The notes beneath the pieces were generated by a model. It saw nothing but the letters and a program-made list of their open reading frames with translations, made no database searches and was not told where the DNA came from. Both the position numbers and the translations under genes were made by a program. Of a stretch of DNA of 6,331 nt, positions 1 to 5,394 are shown piece after piece. Within the stretch, counting starts at the first letter, position 1. Each line of letters starts with the position of its first letter. Source of the stretch: Caecitellus pseudoparvulus (taxonomy: Eukaryota; Protista; Bigyra: Bicosoecida); contig CBFFRQ010000166.1 in assembly GCA_965644315.1 (NCBI GenBank), positions 1-6,331 of the forward strand, given 5' to 3'.

Positions 1-88
1 ACAACGTGTAAGTCGGGCATCTTTGGCGTGAAGTCTGCTTTTTGCGGGGCGCGCAAGGGTGAGTGATTCTCGGCGAGGAGTAGTCCAT
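1..88 (-). CDS. Possible 5' end of a divergently transcribed gene (MDYSSPRITHPCAPRKKQTSRQRCPTYTL...), product unknown
   Basis: Minus-strand ATG at 88 in context ACCACCACCGGCATGG, resembling the array leaders' CCCACCACGCCATGG. Open for 29 codons to the window edge; too short to verify. Confidence 0.25.
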   Translation of the reverse strand, partial: MDYSSPRITHPCAPRKKQTSRQRCPTYTL

Positions 89-253
89 GCCGGTGGTGGT
101 CTGCGGGACATGTGGATGGGCACACCAAACCTGTTTGGTAAAGCCAAGATGAAGCGATCCTGAAAGTGGTGGCTTTGCGTGGTGTACTTCTGTACATAGA
201 AGAGCGGCTGTCAATCTGTCGCCGAGCCGCTGCAGGCAAGCAGCTCCTGCTGC

Positions 254-282
254 TGCGGAATCTGAACCCACCACGCCATGGC
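254..282 (+). promoter_or_regulatory. Conserved pre-ATG element, copy 1 (TGCGGAATCTGAACCCACCACGCCATGGC)
   Basis: 29-nt block shared by all five genes with a single A/G variable site; function inferred from position. Confidence 0.7.
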
Positions 283-1195
283 CCAGCCTTTCTCCCTTCG
301 AACCCCGGACTTGCACTGGATGGTAGCTTGTTCGTCTGGGAATGTTGATTCCTTGATGAGCCTTTTGCGAGGCAGTGCAGATGGTGGGCAGCCTGACTTG
401 ACCTTCCTGACTCGGAATGACACTGCGGAGGCCTTGCACACTGCTTGCCGCGTGGGCCATGTTGGTCTGCTGCGTGAGCTGCTGGCGCTCGAAGGCAAGC
501 TTGCCGTTGATGTGCACGCAAAGAATGGGGCTGCGCTCAGGTTTGCGTGTCACAAAGGCCACCTCGCCGTCGTGCGTGAGCTGCTGTCCTTGACTGGGGC
601 TCGCAGAGTTGACGTGCACGTTGGGGACCGAGGCGGCCCCGAAACCCCCTTCAGGGCAGCGTGTGCTGGCGGCCACGTGGAGCTTGTGCGGGAGTTGTTG
701 GCGCTTGAGGGTGACAGGAAAATAGACGTGCATGCGAGAGATGTTGGAGGGTGGGAAGCCGCGTTTAGATGGGCCTGTTGGGGCGGTCACGCGCGCGTCA
801 TGCGCGAGCTCCTGGCCTTGGAGGGCGACCGAGTAGTGGATGTGCACGCCGCTGATAGGGACGGACCTGAGGCTGCCTTCCGAGTGGCGTGCCGCAATGG
901 CCACGAGGCGGCAGTGCGGGAGCTCCTGAGCCTGACTGGCGACCGGACCGCGCATGTGTACGCTCAGGATGGCCGAGGGACGGAAGCTGGCTTGCGCACC
1001 GCGTGCCTCTTTGGATTCTCAGGCGTTGCACGCGAGCTGCTGGGCCTCACCGGTTCTCGTGCTGCTACTCCTGCTGCTCGTAAGGCGGCTGGGGCGGCTG
1101 CTGTACAGCCAGCCAAAGATGCCGTCTGGGGCGGCACCAGCACGCGACGGGGCCGTGAGGCTGTGGTACTGCTGCGGGCTGCTCTACGCGTCTAA
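278..1195 (+). CDS. Ankyrin-repeat protein, array member 1 (305 aa, 6 units; most divergent paralog)
   Basis: ORF with six ACxxG(H/F)xx(V/L)xRELL motifs (TACRVGH, FACHKGH, AACAGGH, WACWGGH, VACRNGH, TACLFGF) joined by VDVH linkers. It retains near-canonical ankyrin TPLH-like tetrads (ALHTAC, ETPFRAAC), starts at GCCATGG after the shared leader, and ends in the shared AVQPAKDAVW...LLRAA tail. Confidence 0.93.
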   Translation: MAQPFSLRTPDLHWMVACSSGNVDSLMSLLRGSADGGQPDLTFLTRNDTAEALHTACRVGHVGLLRELLALEGKLAVDVHAKNGAALRFACHKGHLAVVRELLSLTGARRVDVHVGDRGGPETPFRAACAGGHVELVRELLALEGDRKIDVHARDVGGWEAAFRWACWGGHARVMRELLALEGDRVVDVHAADRDGPEAAFRVACRNGHEAAVRELLSLTGDRTAHVYAQDGRGTEAGLRTACLFGFSGVARELLGLTGSRAATPAARKAAGAAAVQPAKDAVWGGTSTRRGREAVVLLRAALRV

Positions 1196-1336
1196 ATCAG
1201 CTGACACCCACCACCTGAAACTCTTTGAAACTGAGCAGAGCTTGCAATGAGTCGAGCGTGAGATGGTTGCTCGCTTGGCCCTCTCCCTCCGCCGTTGACT
1301 GCGCCAGGCAGTGGGCAGCAGTTTGGAGCGCAGTCT

Positions 1337-1343
1337 AAATTCA
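1337..1343. promoter_or_regulatory. Position-fixed AAATTCA spacer motif (also at 2637, 4179, 5257)
   Basis: Same heptamer 133-135 nt upstream of the ATG of genes 2-5 in spacers that are otherwise diverged and GC-rich. Confidence 0.45.
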
Positions 1344-1441
1344 AGCATTCAGGTGCAGGACTGTGCCGTGTTTGTGGGGCAGGTGGATCCTCTGCCATCG
1401 CCAGACTGAGCAGGACAGCGGAGGGCGTTGAGCAGCAAATT

Positions 1442-2247
1442 GCGGGTTGCGGAATCTGAGCCCACCACGCCATGGCTGATAAGGGCGACAGTCAGTCGGT
1501 GGTTGCGCGATGGAAGGCAGCGTGTGATGCTGAGCAGGCAGCTGAGTTGCTTGAAATGGTGCAGGGGTCCGACCAGGAAGAGACGCCACTCCTGGAGGCG
1601 CTGTCAAGTGTCGAGACGACGGCTGGCTTCTTGGTTGCTTGTCGGATGGGGCACGTTGGGCTGCTGCGCAAACTACTTGGGTTGGCTGGAGAGGGTGCTG
1701 TGAATGTGCATGTGGGCGATCCATACGGGTCTGAGGCTGGCTTTCTCGCTGCCTGCGAGCACGGGCATGTGCATGTGGTGCGCGAGCTGTTGTCGTTGGC
1801 AGGTGATCGAGAAGTAGATGTACATGTTTGGGGCGGGGGAAACCCTGAGTATGGCTTTGTACTTGCCTGTGAAAATGGACACTTGGATGTGGTGCGAGAG
1901 CTACTGGCGCTGAGCGGACATCGTGAGGTGGATGTACATGCTGGGCCTGAAGACGCGCCAGAGTACGGATTCCGACTTGCCTGTCGCAAGGGGCATGTGG
2001 AAGTGGTGCGCGCACTGCTAGCACTGACGGGTGATCGGGCGGTCGATGTGCATGCTGGGGATCAGTATGGGCATGAGGCTGGCTTCCGAGGTGCGTGTAG
2101 CAATGGACATGCTGAAGTGGTCCGGGAGCTCCTAACGCTGACCGGGCATCGTGAGGTTGATGTCCATGCGCCGTTCAATGGAAACCCCGAGGTTGGCTTC
2201 CGGCTTGCCTGTCGCAAGGGGCGTGTGGAAGTGGTGCGGGAGCTGCT
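1442..2247 (+). repeat. Near-identical ~806-bp direct repeat, copy A (copy B at 2741-3546)
   Basis: Offset 1299 bp; by-eye comparison finds only 4 mismatches (1669, 1675, 1713, 1714). Confidence 0.9.
1448..1476 (+). promoter_or_regulatory. Conserved pre-ATG element, copy 2 (G variant)
   Basis: TGCGGAATCTGAGCCCACCACGCCATGGC, ATG at 1472. Confidence 0.7.
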
Positions 2248-2515
2248 GGCGTTGAGCGGTGCTCGTGAGGTCGATGTTCATGCGCCGTTCAATGGAAATC
2301 CCGAGGCGGGCTTCCGCTTTGCTTGTGAGAAAAGGCATGCAGATGTGGTACGCGAGCTGTTGGGTCTCACCGGCCATCGAGCCATCCCCCTCCAGGCACG
2401 GCTGAAGGCTGGTGAAGTGGCCGTACAGCCGGCCAAAGATGCGGTGTGGGCTGGCACGTGCACCCGGCAAGGCCGCTGTGCCATGCTGCTGCTGCGGGCA
2501 GCCCAGCATGGTTGA
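1472..2515 (+). CDS. Ankyrin-repeat protein, array member 2 (347 aa, 7 units)
   Basis: Seven 38-aa-spaced units of consensus EAGFRLACxxGHxxVVRELLALxGxRxVDVHA-loop. Shared leader precedes the ATG, with an in-frame TGA 15 nt upstream fixing the start. Shared C-terminal tail present. Confidence 0.95.
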   Translation: MADKGDSQSVVARWKAACDAEQAAELLEMVQGSDQEETPLLEALSSVETTAGFLVACRMGHVGLLRKLLGLAGEGAVNVHVGDPYGSEAGFLAACEHGHVHVVRELLSLAGDREVDVHVWGGGNPEYGFVLACENGHLDVVRELLALSGHREVDVHAGPEDAPEYGFRLACRKGHVEVVRALLALTGDRAVDVHAGDQYGHEAGFRGACSNGHAEVVRELLTLTGHREVDVHAPFNGNPEVGFRLACRKGRVEVVRELLALSGAREVDVHAPFNGNPEAGFRFACEKRHADVVRELLGLTGHRAIPLQARLKAGEVAVQPAKDAVWAGTCTRQGRCAMLLLRAAQHG

Positions 2516-2740
2516 GCCCACTGTCATTCAAGGGCTGAAGCTAACACTAGCCGTCCACAGCTGGCAGCGAGCCATGGGCGGGGTGGCTTCCCCCTTGCCT
2601 GGCGCCAGGCAGTGATTGTATTTGTGACCGAAGCCTAAATTCAAGCATGAGTGAGCAAGACTAGGCCATGCTTGAGGGGCGGGTGCATCTTCTGCCACTG
2701 TCAGACTGGTCAATGCAGCGGAGGGTGTTTGGCCTTGAGC

Positions 2741-3546
2741 GCGGGTTGCGGAATCTGAGCCCACCACGCCATGGCTGATAAGGGCGACAGTCAGTCGGTG
2801 GTTGCGCGATGGAAGGCAGCGTGTGATGCTGAGCAGGCAGCTGAGTTGCTTGAAATGGTGCAGGGGTCCGACCAGGAAGAGACGCCACTCCTGGAGGCGC
2901 TGTCAAGTGTCGAGACGACGGCTGGCTTCTTGGTTGCTTGTCGGATGGGGCACGTTGGGCTGCTGCGTAAACTGCTTGGGTTGGCTGGAGAGGGTGCTGT
3001 GAATGTGCATGCAGGCGATCCATACGGGTCTGAGGCTGGCTTTCTCGCTGCCTGCGAGCACGGGCATGTGCATGTGGTGCGCGAGCTGTTGTCGTTGGCA
3101 GGTGATCGAGAAGTAGATGTACATGTTTGGGGCGGGGGAAACCCTGAGTATGGCTTTGTACTTGCCTGTGAAAATGGACACTTGGATGTGGTGCGAGAGC
3201 TACTGGCGCTGAGCGGACATCGTGAGGTGGATGTACATGCTGGGCCTGAAGACGCGCCAGAGTACGGATTCCGACTTGCCTGTCGCAAGGGGCATGTGGA
3301 AGTGGTGCGCGCACTGCTAGCACTGACGGGTGATCGGGCGGTCGATGTGCATGCTGGGGATCAGTATGGGCATGAGGCTGGCTTCCGAGGTGCGTGTAGC
3401 AATGGACATGCTGAAGTGGTCCGGGAGCTCCTAACGCTGACCGGGCATCGTGAGGTTGATGTCCATGCGCCGTTCAATGGAAACCCCGAGGTTGGCTTCC
3501 GGCTTGCCTGTCGCAAGGGGCGTGTGGAAGTGGTGCGGGAGCTGCT
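2741..3546 (+). repeat. Near-identical ~806-bp direct repeat, copy B
   Basis: Matches 1442-2247. Confidence 0.9.
2747..2775 (+). promoter_or_regulatory. Conserved pre-ATG element, copy 3 (G variant)
   Basis: TGCGGAATCTGAGCCCACCACGCCATGGC, ATG at 2771. Confidence 0.7.
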
Positions 3547-4042
3547 AGCACTGACGGGTGATCGGGCGGTCGATGTGCATGCTGGGGATCAGTATGGGCA
3601 TGAGGCTGGCTTCCGACTTGCGTGTGGGGGAGGGCACTTGGGTGTGGTGCGGGAGCTTCTGGCGCTGACCGGACATCGTGAGGTAGATGTTCATGCAGCT
3701 TTTCATGGAAACCCTGAGGCAGGCTTCCGTCTCGCCTGCCGCAAGGGGCGCGTGGGTGTGGTGCGGGAGCTGCTATGTCTGAACGGTGCTCGTGAGGTTG
3801 ATGTCCATGCACCGTTCGATGGAAACCCCGAAGCTGGCTTCCGACTTGCTTGGAAGAAAGGTCATGACGATGTGGTGCGCGAGCTGCTGGGCCTCACCGG
3901 CCATCGAGCCGTCTCACTGAAAGAACGCCATGCCGCTGGAGAGGTGGCCGTGCAGCCCGCCAAAGATGCGGTGTGGGCTGGTACCTGCACTCGGCAGGGT
4001 CGGCGTGCCATGCTGCTGCTGCGAGCAGCTCAACGTGCTTGA
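2771..4042 (+). CDS. Ankyrin-repeat protein, array member 3 (423 aa, 9 units)
   Basis: Nine units; exactly 76 aa (2 x 38) longer than member 2. The first ~258 aa match member 2 except one V/A change. Shared leader and tail present. Confidence 0.95.
   Translation: MADKGDSQSVVARWKAACDAEQAAELLEMVQGSDQEETPLLEALSSVETTAGFLVACRMGHVGLLRKLLGLAGEGAVNVHAGDPYGSEAGFLAACEHGHVHVVRELLSLAGDREVDVHVWGGGNPEYGFVLACENGHLDVVRELLALSGHREVDVHAGPEDAPEYGFRLACRKGHVEVVRALLALTGDRAVDVHAGDQYGHEAGFRGACSNGHAEVVRELLTLTGHREVDVHAPFNGNPEVGFRLACRKGRVEVVRELLALTGDRAVDVHAGDQYGHEAGFRLACGGGHLGVVRELLALTGHREVDVHAAFHGNPEAGFRLACRKGRVGVVRELLCLNGAREVDVHAPFDGNPEAGFRLAWKKGHDDVVRELLGLTGHRAVSLKERHAAGEVAVQPAKDAVWAGTCTRQGRRAMLLLRAAQRA
2921..3910 (+). 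repeat. Intragenic 114-bp-period coding tandem repeat (nine ankyrin units of member 3; the same periodicity occurs in all members)
   Basis: Recurrent gaggctggcttccg..ttgcctgt / gtggtgcg.gagctgctg / gatgtgcatgct blocks at 114-bp spacing; includes an exact 75-bp duplicate, 3314-3388 = 3542-3616. Confidence 0.9.
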
Positions 4043-4289
4043 GCCTGTTTCTGGGCACCACCTGGGACTCTTGCTGGCTTGGAAAGTTTGCCTTCGCGCT
4101 GAGTCCAGCCCCCGTTTTGCTCGCCCGCTACATCTGCCGTGGACAGGGTAAGGCACTGCACACGTGGCAGGACAGTCCAAATTCAGGCATGCGAAAAAAA
4201 TCAAATGTATCGGTGAACAAAGGTTGTGCGCCGCCTGCCCTTGCTCCACCCAGCAGGGCAGCAAAGGCTGCATTGCTTCAGGCACAGGG

Positions 4290-4318
4290 TGCGGAATCTG
4301 AACCCACCACGCCATGGC
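4290..4318 (+). promoter_or_regulatory. Conserved pre-ATG element, copy 4 (A variant)
   Basis: TGCGGAATCTGAACCCACCACGCCATGGC, ATG at 4314. Confidence 0.7.
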
Positions 4319-5117
4319 TGCCAGGGGCGATGAGGAGGACCTTGTGGGGCAGTGGAAGGCTGCCTGCCGCGCTCGCAAAGTGGACACATTATTCTGTATG
4401 CTGCAAGTGTCTAGCCAGGGCGAAACGCCAGTCCTGGAGGCGCTGACAAGTGAGGACACAACGGCTGGATTTCTTGCAGCTTGTCGTGCGGGACATGTTG
4501 GGTTGCTTCAGAGGCTGCTGTGGGTGGAGGGGAAGAATGCAGTGGATGTGCACACCGAGAATGAGTGTGGTTTTCGGTTGGCATGCGGAAGTGGTCACTT
4601 GGATGCAGTGCGCGAGCTGTTGGCTTTGACGGGGCATCGCGAAGTGGATGTGCATGCTGGGCCACAGGGCAGACCTGAAGCTGGCTTCAGTACCGCCTGT
4701 GCAAACGGTCAGTTGGATGTGGTTCGAGAGCTTCTGGCGCTGAGTGGGCACCGCAAGGTGGATGTGCATGCTGGGTTTGGGGGTGAGCCTGAGGCTGGTT
4801 TCCGGCTTGCCTGTCGCTTTGGACACACTGAAGTGGTGCGTGAGCTGCTAGTATTATCTGGCCATCGAACTGTGGATGTACATGCCGGGCCTGAGGGTAA
4901 TCCAGACGCTAGCTTCCGGCTTGCCTGTCGCAACTGGCATGTGGGTGTGGTGCGTGAGCTGCTGGGCCTCACTGGGCATCGAGCCATTCCCCCGCAGACA
5001 CGACTGGCCGCTCGGCTAGTCGCTGTGCAGCCCGCCAAGGATGCTGTGTGGGCTGGCACCTGCACTCGGCAGGGTCGGCGTGCCATGCTGCTGCTGCGGG
5101 CAGCTCAACGTGCCTGA
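4314..5117 (+). CDS. Ankyrin-repeat protein, array member 4 (267 aa, 5 units)
   Basis: Five units (AACRAGH, LACGSGH, TACANGQ, LACRFGH, LACRNWH), one with a short loop. Shared leader and tail present. Confidence 0.95.
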   Translation: MAARGDEEDLVGQWKAACRARKVDTLFCMLQVSSQGETPVLEALTSEDTTAGFLAACRAGHVGLLQRLLWVEGKNAVDVHTENECGFRLACGSGHLDAVRELLALTGHREVDVHAGPQGRPEAGFSTACANGQLDVVRELLALSGHRKVDVHAGFGGEPEAGFRLACRFGHTEVVRELLVLSGHRTVDVHAGPEGNPDASFRLACRNWHVGVVRELLGLTGHRAIPPQTRLAARLVAVQPAKDAVWAGTCTRQGRRAMLLLRAAQRA

Positions 5118-5365
5118 GCCTGCTGCTGGGCACCACCTGGGACATCTGATGTCCAGGGAGAGTTTGGCTTTGCGTTGAGGGTGAGGTGGCTGCCTTCTTG
5201 GCCCGCTCCACCTGCCGTGGGCTGCGCCAGGCACTGTGCAGTTCGCAGTGCAGAACAAATTCAAACTTGTGGGTGCAATGTTCTGCGGTTTGTGGGGGGT
5301 TGGCAGCCGCCTGCCACGGTCACACTGCGCAGGGCGCCAGAGACTGCATTGCTTCAGGCACACGG

Positions 5366-5394
5366 TGCGGAATCTGAGCCCACCACGCCATGGC
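5366..5394 (+). promoter_or_regulatory. Conserved pre-ATG element, copy 5 (G variant)
   Basis: TGCGGAATCTGAGCCCACCACGCCATGGC, ATG at 5390. Confidence 0.7.

Noticed and set aside
1-66. + strand frame ending at TGA 64-66 and splice-donor-like GTAAGT (8) / GTGAGT (59)
   Set aside because: Too short to support a gene end or intron; no corroborating evidence within the window.
1428-1703. Recurrent peptides AESEPTTPW (+ strand alternate frame) and MAWW(V/A)QIP (minus strand) as conserved small proteins or uORFs
   Set aside because: They are translations of the 29-nt leader. The flanking frames have inconsistent starts, lengths and sequence between copies. The single A/G variant being synonymous in GAR is weak evidence.
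1472-2515. Repeated Cys/His (ACxxGH, DVH) as a metal- or heme-binding motif
   Set aside because: No CxxCH or CxxC pairs; these residues sit at ordinary ankyrin framework positions.
1341-3323. Long antisense and alternate-frame ORFs (e.g. 1341-2024, 1492-1989, 2661-3323, 2791-3288, 5320-5904)
   Set aside because: Shadow ORFs of GC-rich repetitive coding DNA with low-complexity Pro/Ala/His/Ser composition; they recur only because the sense genes are duplicated.
1442-3616. Diversity-generating retroelement (TR/VR pair)
   Set aside because: No reverse transcriptase is visible, both copies are coding, and the few mismatches (C/T, A/G, TG/CA) are not adenine-specific.
4191-4221. A7 run and AT-rich patch in spacer 3 as a retroposition scar or phase-variable tract
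   Set aside because: Short, non-coding, no target-site duplication, and spacer length is unchanged relative to spacer 4.
4271-4281. CATTGCTTCAG as a splice or trans-splice acceptor before genes 4 and 5
   Set aside because: Not conserved before genes 1-3, and each ORF has its own strong ATG behind an in-frame stop; needs transcript data.
5136-5157. Hairpin CCTGGGACAT-ctg-ATGTCCAGG after gene 4 as a terminator
   Set aside because: No U-tract, and not preserved in the homologous spacer after gene 3.
254-5394. 29-nt direct repeats read as a CRISPR array or integron attC sites
   Set aside because: Spacing is 1.1-1.5 kb with whole paralogous genes in between. The repeat is not palindromic, lacks attC RYYYAAC/GTTRRRY inverted cores, and no cas or integrase gene is in the window.
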